Shown here: piece after piece, positions 52,893 through 64,000 of the stretch | Position numbering within the stretch: position 1 is the stretch's first letter | Layout of the letters: the number at the start of each line of letters is the position of its first letter | Assembly (NCBI GenBank): GCA_024137785.1 | Contig: JAHRHZ010000047.1 | Location: forward strand, 14,912,876 to 14,976,875 | Length of the DNA: 64,000 nucleotides | Origin: Ginglymostoma cirratum | Lineage: Eukaryota | Reading direction: 5' to 3' | The notes under the pieces: model-generated | What the model saw: the letters and a program-made list of their open reading frames with translations, nothing else | Told to the model about the DNA's origin: nothing | The model's database searches: none | Translations under genes and position numbers: made by a program

Positions 52893-53602
52893 TTTTTAAT
52901 TGGAAACATGGGAAAATCCACAACTAGGATTCAGAGACACAAGATAGTCACTGATAAACCAGTAGGGAGAGAAACACGAAGATAACAGGGAAAAAATTGT
53001 GGTTGCTGAGATTCAGAAACCAAATCAGAAATTGCTAAAGAAACTCAGGAGGTCTGGCAGCATCTGTGGAGAGAAAGCAGAGCTAATGTTTTGTCTCCAG
53101 TGACCCTTCTTCGGGGCCCATTCTGAGTTTTTCCAGCAATTTCTGAGAGAAAGAGGAAATTCTTTATTGAGAGAGCAGTTCAAATATAGGTCTTTCTACA
53201 GGGGAGGTGATTGAACAAATGTCTTAGGTGTTTTCGAGGGAAATTAATCATGTAGATATGAGGAAATAGCACAACAGGATGCACTGAAAAGCTGAGGTGA
53301 ATGCAGATTGAACTGGAGGAGATTTAGGTGGAGCATAAGAACTGAAACAGACTTGATCGGCAAAATGGCTGTTCCTGTAGTATATTGTCATGGAAATTCT
53401 ACAGGAATTTACCTTCATCATTTAAAAACATAATAAAGATTACTGGGTACAAAGGAATGAATGTTACTTTTCTTTTGGCCAAGTCTGAGCTGTATCGAGG
53501 GTTTCTTGTTGTGAGGCCCAGTGAGTTCACCAGCCTTATCTTACCTCATTAACAACTCCTCAATCCCATGGCATCTCCCATGTCCATCTCGGTCTTATAA
53601 CA

Positions 53603-54439
53603 GAGATATATTGGGCAACCACCTAGAAACAGATGTCCATTTCAAGCCCACTGACTCCCACAGCTACCTGGAATACACCTCCTCCCACCCATCCTCCTGC
53701 AAAAATGCCATCCCCTATTCCCAATTCCTTCACCTCCGCCGCATCTGCTCCCAGGATGAGACATTCCAATCCCGCACATCTCAAATGTCCTCATTCTTCA
53801 AGGACCGCAACTTCCCCCCCNNNNNNNNNNNNNNNNNNNNNNNNNNNNNNNNNNNNNNNNNNNNNNNNNNNNNNNNNNNNNNNNNNNNNNNNNNNNNNNN
53901 NNNNNNNNNNNNNNNNNNNNNNNNNNNNNNNNNNNNNNNNNNNNNNNNNNNNNNNNNNNNNNNNNNNNNNNNNNNNNNNNNNNNNNNNNNNNNNNNNNNN
54001 NNNNNNNNNNNNNNNNNNNNNNNNNNNNNNNNNNNNNNNNNNNNNNNNNNNNNNNNNNNNNNNNNNNNNNNNNNNNNNNNNNNNNNNNNNNNNNNNNNNN
54101 NNNNNNNNNNNNNNNNNNNNNNNNNNNNNNNNNNNNNNNNNNNNNNNNNNNNNNNNNNNNNNNNNNNNNNNNNNNNNNNNNNNNNNNNNNNNNNNNNNNN
54201 NNNNNNNNNNNNNNNNNNNNGGCTCCATCCCCGCCTCTTCGACTTGTCTGCCTCCTCTCCACCTATCCTCTCCTCTATCCATCCTCTATCCGCCTCCCCC
54301 TCTCTCCCTATTTATTTCAGAACCCTCTTCCCCTCCCCCATTTCTGATGAAGGGTTTAGGCCCGAAACGTCAAGTTTTCCTGCTCGTATGATGCTGCTTG
54401 ACCTGCTGCGTTCATCCAGCCCCATGCTTGTTATCTCGG
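53603..54439 (+). mobile_element. Penelope-like element, 5'-truncated, spanning a gap
   Basis: TDVHFKPTDSHSYLEYTSSHPSSCKNAIPYSQFLHLRRICS is the PLE RT thumb region. pLTR with hammerhead core at 54344-54371. 17-bp flanking repeat atctcggtcttataaca at 53586 and 54433. Confidence 0.9.
53821..54220. other. Assembly gap (N)
   Basis: N run. Confidence 0.99.
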
Positions 54440-54594
54440 TCTTATAACACACCATTCCGAGAGCAACTCACTACTCAGTGGATATTCACAAAGAGAGTGG
54501 AAGCCATTGTGCCCGCGCCATCTTTGAAAGCCCACTGTTCAATTGGACGAGCCCTGACATTCCGAAGCTGCTCCCCCTCATTGTTAGGCAGATT

Positions 54595-54800
54595 ATGGAC
54601 ATGTCAGACAAGGTGGAGATGGCACCGCAATTCTCCGTCAGAGACCTGGTGGTCCTGCTTGAGGGGGTGATGCACAGGAGAGGGGCCCCCTTCCTGAAGG
54701 ATTGGCAGAGGTGACCATGCCACCAGACCCTGGCTGCCTGGCCTGAGGTCACCACCTGTGTCAGTGTCATCTCCACAGCCCAGAGAAATGGTTGGCAGCA
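54595..54800 (+). mobile_element. Harbinger-type Myb/SANT gene remnant
   Basis: APQFSVRDLVVLLEGVMHRRGAPF..TLAAWPEVTTCVSVIS..RN. Confidence 0.7.
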
Positions 54801-55517
54801 CCACATGCATATTTGCCACACTCTTTTCTCTGCTACCTCACACTCACTCTATCTCTGTTAGTGTACCAACCTCCCACTGAGACTCACATCCTGTCACTCT
54901 GTGTATTGCCTGCAATATCTTCCCTCAATCCCTGTCACCTTGTGTCTTGCAGGTACAAACAGCATGTACACCGCTTAGACTCATAGAACTTTACAGCACA
55001 GAAGGAGGCCACTCCTTTTTATTCATTCATGAGATGTGAGCGTCACTGGCTGGGCCTATTTCTGTAAGACTTTGAGACCCAAGTACCAGCTTACTGAACA
55101 TGCCATATATTTGTTGCATAAGCCACTGACATGTAGTCTCGGTGTGAGATGGACATGGCACACTGCATCCGTCCTGGACTGAGGACTGCTCACCAGTGCA
55201 GCAGGATGTTTGATTGTGTGATTACTATAATTGGCAAGGTGGGGATACTGTTGTGATATTGCCAAGTGACCGAGTGCTCAGAGAGCAAGCAAGCAGCCCC
55301 AAGGTTCAGCGTGGCCCAATCAGTGAGCTGAGTGCTTTACCCTGTGTGCAAAACGTCCTTCCAGCGACATTTCAATACTAGTTACCAGTGCACCCTGCAA
55401 TGCAAGTCTGTGCTTCCAGAGTGCCCTGCCAGTGTGTTGGAGACACAGCATGATGTTCATGAGGGGTTGGTGAATGCCGGATGCCAATGTCTGTAGATGA
55501 GGCACAGGGCATTGAGA

Positions 55518-55843
55518 TGAGGTGGCACAGTGGTTAGCACTGATGCATCACAGCGCCAGGGACTCCAGATCGATTCCACCCTTGGTCGACTGTTTGTGTG
55601 GAGTTTACGTATTCTCACCATGTCTGTATGGGTTTCCTCCAGATTCCTCCCATAGTTCAAAGATGTGCAGGTTAGGTAGATTGGCCATGGGAAATGGCCT
55701 GCAGTGCCCGGGGATGTGTAGGGTAGGTAGGTTAGATGTGGGAAATGCTGGGATAGTGTAGGGGGTGGGTCTGGGTGAGATGTTCTTTGGAGGGGGCGGT
55801 ATGGACTGAATGGCCTGCTTTTACATTGAAGGGATTCTATGAT
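55518..55843 (+). mobile_element. HE1-type V-SINE
   Basis: Same structure. Confidence 0.92.
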
Positions 55844-56109
55844 GGGGATGTCGGTGATTGGTGCTCATGGATCATGCTGGTTGGTCACGTGCAACATGGA
55901 AGACATTCAGAGCTGAAGTCACCAGGTGCTCACTGTGGATTCCACCTGGATATTGAACTTCTTTGGCCAGCTTGGTAAGCAAGAAAACTGAATATCCATC
56001 TGGAGAGTTGGCCCTCGAGCGCTTAAGAAGCAATAATCCCTATTAATTAGCAACTCAACTTTGCCCAGTGAGAAAGTCATCTCACTGCTTGTGAAAGGGG
56101 TTAAGAAAC

Positions 56110-56443
56110 AGGCAGCATGATGGCTGAGTGGTTAGCACTGCTACCTCACAGCGCCAGGGGCCCGGGTTTGATTCCACCCTCGGGTGACTGTCTGTGTGGA
56201 GTTTGCACATTCTCCCCGTGTCTGCGTGGGTTTCCTCCGGGTGCTCCGGTTTCCTCCCACAGTCCAAAGATGTGCAGGTTAGGTGGATTGGCCATGCTAA
56301 ATTACCCATAGTGTCTGGGGATGTGCAGGCTGGGTGGGTTAGCTGTGGGAAATGCAGGGATACAGGGATGTGTCTAGGTGGATGATCTTCAGAGTGTTGG
56401 TGTGGGCTGAATGGCCTGCTTCCATACTGCAGGGATTCTATGA
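56110..56443 (+). mobile_element. HE1-type V-SINE
   Basis: Best-preserved copy of the V-domain. Confidence 0.93.
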
Positions 56444-57616
56444 TATGATTCAGTGAAATGGAATGAGTTTCTCCTGACATTGAGATCAGCCTCACCGAAT
56501 GAATTTTCCAATTCTGCTACACATCCTCCACATTTCCACTGCACTCAGACCCAGGAGGATTCCACCCAGGAAGAATATCTGCACTGAGAGATCAGTTATC
56601 CATTCTCATTGGGTCTAGTCAGCATTAATATCTGAGAATAATGGATGGTGAAGTCAGAACAAGGGGCACCTTTGTATTGATAATAAAATGATTCAAATTT
56701 GTGTTTCTTCTCTTGTTCCTCTTCCAGTTGCAAATGTGCTCCATAACCTTGCCCTATATTTTCTTTTTCAGTTCGTTGAAACCATTATATCTTTTGAAAG
56801 AACAAACATATACATGCCCTTGCAGGGCTCCAAATTGCTTTGTTTTCTTCTCACAGTTTCCGGAACGTCATCACGCATTTGTTTGTGTTTTTGAAAGAGG
56901 GTAGGGAGGGGAGGATAAACATGGCGGCCAATTTATACACAGCAAGATCCCACCAGCAGCAATGTAAATTCAGAATGACAGGGCGGTGTGGCTTATGATG
57001 TTGGTTGACAGATGAAAGTTAGCTTGGCACCAAAAGAATCTGTTGCAGGATTTCTGAAGAAGAGTCAGACCAGACTCGAAACGTTTAAATCTCTTTCTCT
57101 CTCGGCAGTTGTTTACAGACCTGCTGAGTTTCTGCAGCAATTTCAGTTTTCAATTTCCTTCAGCTATCAGGCCTGGTGAAACACTTGCCTGTCTTTTAGA
57201 TGTCCATGTTTAAAAATGACATTGTGCAGCATTATCAGTGGTGTTAACTTTCAGATGAGGCATTTAACCAAGACCATAGCAGCCAGATGTAAATATCCCA
57301 AGGTGGTATTTCAAAAAAAAAGCAGAGGTTATCCCTGGTCTTTTTCATCCTTCAACCAACGCTGCTAAAAAACAGATTATCAAGACATTTTTCTCATTGT
57401 TTTGTTTTGGGTGGCTTGCTCTGCACAAATTGATGCCATTACAACAATGAAACACTTCAGAAAGTGCTTCATTAGTTACAATGGGCTTTGGGATGTCCCG
57501 AGAACATGACGGTTGCTACAGAAATGTAATTTTGGTTACACTGCAACAAGCAAACAGTTTAACATTTCCCATAATCATCATTCTTTTCTGAGAATAAGAC
57601 ATCAGGGATTTCTCAC

Positions 57617-58066
57617 CTCTCTCTCCACATTCCCTTTGTGCACTCTTCAGCAAGCTTTTAAATCTCACCTAGTTCTGCTTCTTTCACTTTGGAGATTTTC
57701 TCTTGGACCATTGTCACTGCTGCAGGTTTTATCCAATGGGCCGTGGCCCTTAGCTTGTGTTTCTCAGTGAGGGGAAACATGGAAGGTTTGCATCTTAAGA
57801 GTGCCAGCAATGTAGGGCTGGCACCTCCAAGCTTTCAAACTACCAACACCAGGACATTTGTGCTGATCCAATTATAAACTGGATGTGGAAAAGTACATTA
57901 ATTATGCAGGATCCCGGAAGACTGTAAGATTTATAATGCTCGGATTGGGGCCCAGGTTCTGATGAATTACATCATCCTGTTTCAGGACATAGTTTCTCTC
58001 CTGCAGGCTGACATCAGTTAAACAGAAGAAAGCACCATTTTCACTTCTGAATTAATTGTCTCGCTG
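57617..58066 (-). pseudogene. Pseudo-exon (phase 0 to 2, one inferred +1 frameshift)
   Basis: Acceptor ttttcccaaaacactcag, donor gtgaga. QRDN*FRSENGAFFCLTDVSLQERNYVLKQDDVIHQNLGPNPSIINLTVFRDPA*LMYF / PHPVYNWISTNVLVLVV*KLGGASPTLLALLRC...KLAEECTKGMWRE. Confidence 0.55.
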
Positions 58067-58314
58067 CTGAGTGTTTTGGGAAAATTGAAAACTGAAACTC
58101 CTGTGATTTAGCAGCTTCCTCCTAATCATAGTTTGTAAATCGAGCTTCAGTTAACCTCGCCTAGTGTTATCTGCTAATTATGTGGTTTTAAAATCCTTGG
58201 CTCCACCACTTCAAAGGACAAGGGTAGCAGGAGAACTAGCACCTGGTCTGTCCCCTCCAAATCCCATATTGTCCGAACTATATTGTCACTAGGCCACTAT
58301 CCTTTTCTTCATTG

Positions 58315-59490
58315 ATTTGTGGGATGTGGGCATCATTGTCTGGGCCAATGTTTATTTTCTATCCCTAGTTGCCCTTGAGAAGGTGGCAGTGAGCTGCTTT
58401 CTTGAACCGCTGCTATCCATGTGGGGCAGGCAGACCCATGGTGTTATCAGGAAGGGAGTTCCAGGATTTTGACCCAGCAGCGCTGAAGGAACTGTGATAG
58501 ATTTCCAAGTCAGGGTGATGAGTGGCTTGGAGGGGCCCTTGCAGTTGGTGGTGTTCCCATGTATCTGCAGCCCTTGTACTTTGAGATGGAAAAGGTCATG
58601 GGTGCTATCTGTCTGTCTGAGTGCTTTCTGGGGATCTTTGGTGAATTTCTGCTTTGCATCTTGTAGGTAGTACACACTGCTGCTACTGAGCGCTGGTGGT
58701 AAAGGCAATGGATGTTTATGGATTGTGGTACCAATCAAATGGGTCGCTTTGTCCTGGATGGTGTCAAGCTTGTTGAGCATTGTTGGGGCTGCACTCATCC
58801 AGGCAAGTGCGGCGTATTCCATCACACTCCTGACTTGTGCCTTGTAGATGATAGACAGGTTCTGGGAAGTCAGGAGGTGAGTTACTCGCCACGGTACTCC
58901 CAGCCCCTGACCTGCTCTCGTAGCCATTGTGTTTATGTGGTGAGTACGGTTGAGTTTCTGGTCAATGATAACCCCCAGGATGTTGATAATGGGGGATTCA
59001 GTGATAGCAACATCATTGAATGTCAGGGGACAGTGTTTAGATTGTCTGTTATTGATGATGGTCATAGCCTGGCATTTGTGTGGCATGAATGTTACTTTGT
59101 TATTTGTCAGCCCAAGTCTGGATGTTGTCCAGATCTTGTCGCATGTGAACACAGACTGCTTCAGTATCTGAGGAGTCACGAATGGGGCTGAACATTGTGC
59201 AATCATCATTGAACATCTCCACTTCTGACCTTATGATGGAGGGAAGGTCATTGATGAAGCAGCTGAAGATGGTAGGGCAGAGGACACTACCCTGAGGAAC
59301 TCCTGCAGAGATGTCCTGGAGCTAAGATGACTGACATCCACCAACCACGACCAGCTTCCTGTGTGTCGGGTATGACTCCAACCAGAAAAGTGCTTTCCCC
59401 CAGATTCCCATTGATTCCAGTTTTGCTAGGGCTCCTTGATGCCACACGCAGACAAATACAGCCTTGATGTCAAGGGCTGTCACTCTCACT
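58315..59490 (-). mobile_element. CR1-Zenon-like (jockey-group) LINE, RT C-terminal part and 3' end
   Basis: ALDIKAVF..VWHQG, GVPQG, ILGVIIDQKLN..IYKAQVRSVMEY..LDTIQDKA. Clade label is from motif memory. Confidence 0.88.
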
Positions 59491-59514
59491 TCCTGGACTC
59501 TCCGGAGTTTTCCA

Positions 59515-60035
59515 TAACAATTGAATATCATGTACTATTCTGGGGACCACACTGTAGGAGGGATGTGAATGCATTGGGCACAGTACAGAAGATGTTTATG
59601 AGAATTGTACTGGGGATGAGATATTTTAGTTAAGAAACTAAATTGGAGAAGTTGGGGCTGTCTTCCTGGGAGAGGAGAAGGCTAAGAGGAGATTTAATAG
59701 AAGTTTTCAAAATCATGAGGGGTCTGGACACAGTAGGTGGAGAGAAACTGTTCTTGCTTGTAAATGGATGGAGAACCAGAGGGCACAATTTCAAAGTGTT
59801 TCACAAAAAAAGCAAATGCGAGGGAACAGAAAGGTTTTTCACACAGTGAGGGTCTGGAATGCACTGCGTGGAAATATGATGGATGCAGGCTCAATTGGGG
59901 CATTCAGGAGGGCGTTAGATGATTATTTAAATAGAAACAGTTATGGGGAAAAGGCAGGACGGTCACACCAAGTTTGTATGCTCAGGGAGATGATGGGCTG
60001 AATGGCTTCCTTCTGAGCTAAACCATTCAGTGATT
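59515..60035 (+). mobile_element. CR1 3' fragment
   Basis: FWGPHCRRDVNALGTVQK and RRRLRGDLIEVFKIMRG. Confidence 0.88.
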
Positions 60036-61066
60036 CTGGGAGTTGACCTTATGATTTCAAACACTGGCGCTCCTTAGCAGCAGTGTGTACTATCTACAAG
60101 ATGCAGTGCAGAAACTCACCAAAGATCCTCAGACAGCACCTTCCAAGCACACGACCACTAGAAGGATAAGGGCAGCAGGTACATGGGAACACCACCACCT
60201 GCAAGCTCCCCTCCAAGCCACCCATGGACTGGCTCAACATCACCCAGTGTAGCTCTCCAAAAGTGAAAGCCAACACTGTCTGAGATAGTGCTCTCTCATG
60301 ACTCAAACAGGTTTCTTTTTGCAGCTCCTTCTCACTATCCCATCAGAGACAAGTGGAGGGGCCGTTCATTTGTGCCTTTTCTACTGCTCGGGATCAACTA
60401 CCCACCAAATCCCAAGGAATTCCATGCTCTGAGGATGTAAACAACTTGGATACGCGCCTCCTGCCTTACCCAGAGACCAGAACAGAATGTTGCACGGTAC
60501 ATGGTAACACGCACACAAACCTCAACTCAGCTCAAATTCCATCCTCTTTTTGTGGGAAAGCTGAAAACCAGGAGCACTTCAAACATTTGGAGGACGTTCT
60601 CGAGACACCGGGATATTCTGTAGAAAACTGGGGCTGACTTGGCAAAACTGAGATGCCAAGTCAAACCTATCTCCACCCTATCAAGGTCAAAGAGGGATGA
60701 GCAACCAGTACTGGTCCCACCGGCTGCACCTACACCTCATGAGCAAATGAAAATGAAATACATGCTGAGAGGCAGCCTGCAAACTCCAATGTGTTAGGCA
60801 ATAGTCTGCAGTCTCATTATAAGTCGAGCAAGCTGGTTTCTGTAAGAGGCGTAGTGTGTATGATTCAGGTCTGGCACACAGCCCCTATATTGAAAGTGGT
60901 CTCTTCAAGAACCTGAAGACAGGCTATGTGCTACTGGACCTCACAGCTGGCTCCAGAGATTTGCATTTGCTCAGTAAATACATTCAATTCAATTAAGTTG
61001 AACCATTGATGTGAGGAAGCATGATGTATTCTTTATTTTATAATATGATGCTACAATAAATCATAC

Positions 61067-61580
61067 AAATTCTATGACATCCATCCAGTGTAATGATTGA
61101 TGTTCTGCAGGTTGACCTCATTGTGAAATATTGCAGATTAACCAGTCTCGTATTGCTGGCTCTGCCATTGAGGACGTTGTCAAAATATGAAGCTGAAAGT
61201 TCACTGGGCGGTAATGGGTTATATCGCTGTGGATTATTCAAGTGGCTCAGTACAGCATGTTGTTGACTTTCAGGGATCCAGGATCACAAAGGCCTAATAC
61301 TGGCAGTCAACCATTTGTAAGAAATTTTCGAATAGTTGATTAAACTTGTTACAAAGCAGTGGTTTGGATATAAGGCATGATTCAATTAGACAAAGGAATG
61401 AAATATTTGGCCATGACGGATGGAAACACCTTTCTCATGTCTTGTATAATGGAGGAGCAGGAGCACTGGTTCTGCAGTGGTGGAGTATTCACTCCTGATA
61501 TCATGCAGCCTTTAGTGGTTAACAGTCTGTGTTCCTCCCTTGGGCTAACGTAGGGGGCTTCTGATCTTCTCCCAAGAAGA
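61067..61580 (-). pseudogene. Candidate pseudo-exon segment ending in phase-0 donor
   Basis: ...HYRPVNFQLHILTTSSMAEPAIRDWLICNISQ*GQPAEHQSLHWMDVIEF then gtatga. About 7 stops, so weak on its own. Supported by phase match to the next exon and similarity to the 62.1-62.5 kb segment. Confidence 0.35.
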
Positions 61581-62099
61581 TGGTGGCTTGTCCCTCTGGA
61601 TCCTCTCCTTCTGTCCCTCTCCCTTGGTCAATGCAGACTTGATGGGCTGAAGGGCCTTTCCTGTGCTGTATGACACAATGACTTTATGACTCCTACCTAT
61701 CCCTGCCTCATTTTCCTGGATCCTCTCACTCTCCCGCTTACTCTTTCTCCCTTTCTTTCTCTCTCTTCCTCTCCCCATCTGTCCCTGTCTCATTCCCCTG
61801 GATCTTCTGTCTCTTCCTCCATGTACCCCTGCCTCATTCACCTAGATACTGACTCTATTTCCTCTGTCCCAATCTATCCCTGTTGATGGACCTCATTTTG
61901 GGGGTTGGCAGTCTATGCTTTGTCAGCCAATGATCACGGACAGCTACTCCTGACAAATAACAGCTGTCCTCTTGCTCACCTCTTTCTGAGGGTTAGTTTA
62001 TCGTTCTTCTTAAGAACAAGTATGCTTTATTTTCCCAAATGACATGATAATAGGACACATATGATGCTAGATAGATCGTTGATGCTAGCTCACTGGATA

Positions 62100-62520
62100 T
62101 GGCGACCTCAGCGATTCATGTCATAGGCTGGAGTTAGTTATGATGAAATCTCATGCTACATAGTAAATATGAGGAAGATTCAGCTTTTCAGGGACCTCCG
62201 TTCCTAACAATGTGCCAATCCCAATGAAAGTCAGGCAGTCTGACCACTTCTGGGACCAACAGAAATACTGAACCCAAGATGAAATCTATGCCAGATCTTA
62301 ATTTGTAACACCTATCCTGCTGTGACTGTGCCTAGCTAGATTTGTTAGGAGACAGGATGGTCTGGGGAACTGGACAAAGAATTCACCCTCATTTTTTCAA
62401 AAACCGTCTGTCAAGTTTATTGGAGCTAAGAGATGAAGAAGCCATTGCTTAGATATGATCCAATCCTTCACCAAAGGAAGGGCATGTTCAGTCATTGTTA
62501 AGCACAATCACACTAGAAGT
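62100..62520 (-). pseudogene. Candidate pseudo-exon segment (repeat unit 1)
   Basis: Frame reads MTEHALPLVKDWIISKQWLLHLLAPINLTDGF*KNEGEFFV...YFCWSQKWSDCLTFIGIGTLLGTEVPEKLNLPHIYYVA*DF. Resembles downstream segments. Boundaries unresolved. Confidence 0.35.
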
Positions 62521-64000
62521 TGAACATTAGACAATGAAGGATTAGTTGTAGGTCAATCAGAGAAAACTGTGAGCTCAAGTCCCAGATAAATCTGGCACCG
62601 CATGGACTTTGCAATGTGAATGTTGCCAGAATAACGATGAGTGCTGCCATGTCAGTAACATTAGTCTGTCCTGAGGCCTGTGTGGAACATTGGGTTAACT
62701 GTGGTGAACCTGAAGGTGTCTGTTCTGCCTTGCAGTCTCTAAGAGGAGGTGACAAGCCGAGCAGAGTTGTCAGGAATGCAGGATGGCCAGCTGTGCTGTA
62801 TGGGCGTTAATAAAACATTTCACGTCAAACTGTTGCCAGTGTCAAAACCAAAGGACCCAATTAGTGAGTATGAGAGATCTCAGTCAGTTGTCCATCACTA
62901 ACACTCAGCAGAAAATTTGACAGCATGGTTTTATTCTGTCCATTATTAAGATTTGAAGAAGTGTCACTGGACTCAAAATTTTACCTCTCCACTTGTTGAC
63001 ATACACTAGCCTAGATTCAAGTAACATCCAGCATCTTGATTTTCAAATCTTCATCCTTGTTTTCAGATCTCTCATCCTTCCCTCTCTCTGAAATCTCCTC
63101 CTTCCTATAACCCCACTGAGATTCCCACACAAGTCTGGCCTCGAGAATGTCCCTAATCCTAATTGAACCCGCATTGGTGGTTATCCCTTCAGGAGCCATG
63201 ATCTAAACCTCCCCCAAACCTCTCCAGATCTCCGCATCCCTGCCTCTCCACATTCCCGCCTCTCCACATCCCCGCCTCTCCACCTCACTTATTCTCCTTT
63301 GGACACCTCTTAAAACCTTCCTCTTCCACCAAACCTTTTGCATCTGACCTAATATCCACTCTGGCACTCAGTCTCAAGCTTTGGCTTATTATGCCCCTGA
63401 GAAACACCTTTGGGATTCTTATCATCTTCCAGGTGGTATATAAGTAAGTTATTATTGCAAATGCACAAAAGGCCAGAATTGAAGAAACACAGTAATCCCA
63501 GGGGTTTTTGGGAGGGATGGATCATGTATTGAATACAAAAATCAAGGCTGATGGCCCAGTGCAGTACTGGGAGGGTGCAGCATTTGTTGGAGGTAATGCC
63601 CTTCCAATGAGAAACTTAGGCTCTGTCTGCTCTCTCAGTTGGATGTGGACTCCATGGCAACAACTTTGAAGAAGGATAGGTGGGTTTCTCTCCTGGGTCT
63701 CCTACCCAGTACGCATCCAGCAACCAGCATCACTTTAAGGAAAACAGATTCTGTGGTTTTCGTATTGTTCTTTGTTGGAGATTGATGAGCAAATTGACTG
63801 TGGCATTTTCTATATTAAAACAATTGACTACAGGTCAAAGATGCACCACTATGACCAATGTTTTGGGAAATCTAAATGTCAGGCAATTTGATATATCAAT
63901 GCAAGTTCTTGCTGTCAGTTTCTACGCAGTATACTTACAAGAGGTGACTATTGGAATCTTTGCTAACCATGTGACAGAAAGCAAATTAAATAGAGTCATA

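Larger units (their letters stand above)
5400..62520 (-). pseudogene. Candidate decayed multi-exon gene (unprocessed pseudogene), product unidentified
   Basis: Chain of minus-strand AG..GT-bounded segments in unique DNA with compatible splice phases (listed below). Nearly all carry in-frame stops. No homology search was possible. Confidence 0.6.

Noticed and set aside
5400-62520. Naming the fossil gene (considered PTEN/tensin, synaptotagmin-like, GREB1, ANKFN1, PIK3R5, CFAP61, CatSper auxiliary subunits, FHA or kinase motifs)
   Set aside because: Only short by-eye resemblances, none consistent across exons. No symbol assigned.

Overview
Repeat-rich vertebrate nuclear DNA, almost certainly a shark or other cartilaginous fish (HE1/V-SINEs, CR1/HER1-type LINEs, Deu-domain SINEs, Penelope-type termini). 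Two assembly gaps. No intact protein-coding gene, tRNA gene or rRNA gene is supported. Mobile content: a decayed near-full-length Gypsy (Mag/K02A2.6-like) LTR element at ~29.3-33.85 kb plus two solo LTRs, many CR1 and CR1-Zenon-like LINE fragments, an RTE fragment, Penelope-like insertions with minimal hammerhead cores and target-site duplications, Harbinger-type Myb/SANT remnants and MITEs. The main hidden signal is in the non-repetitive islands. About 13 minus-strand segments from ~62.5 kb down to ~5.4 kb are mostly bounded by AG/GT splice sites, and their phases chain into one long protein-like frame broken by stops, frameshifts and a transposon insertion. This looks like a decayed multi-exon gene with an apparent internal domain repeat, which I cannot assign to a family. 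All translation was by hand. Repeat boundaries are approximate (tens of bp).
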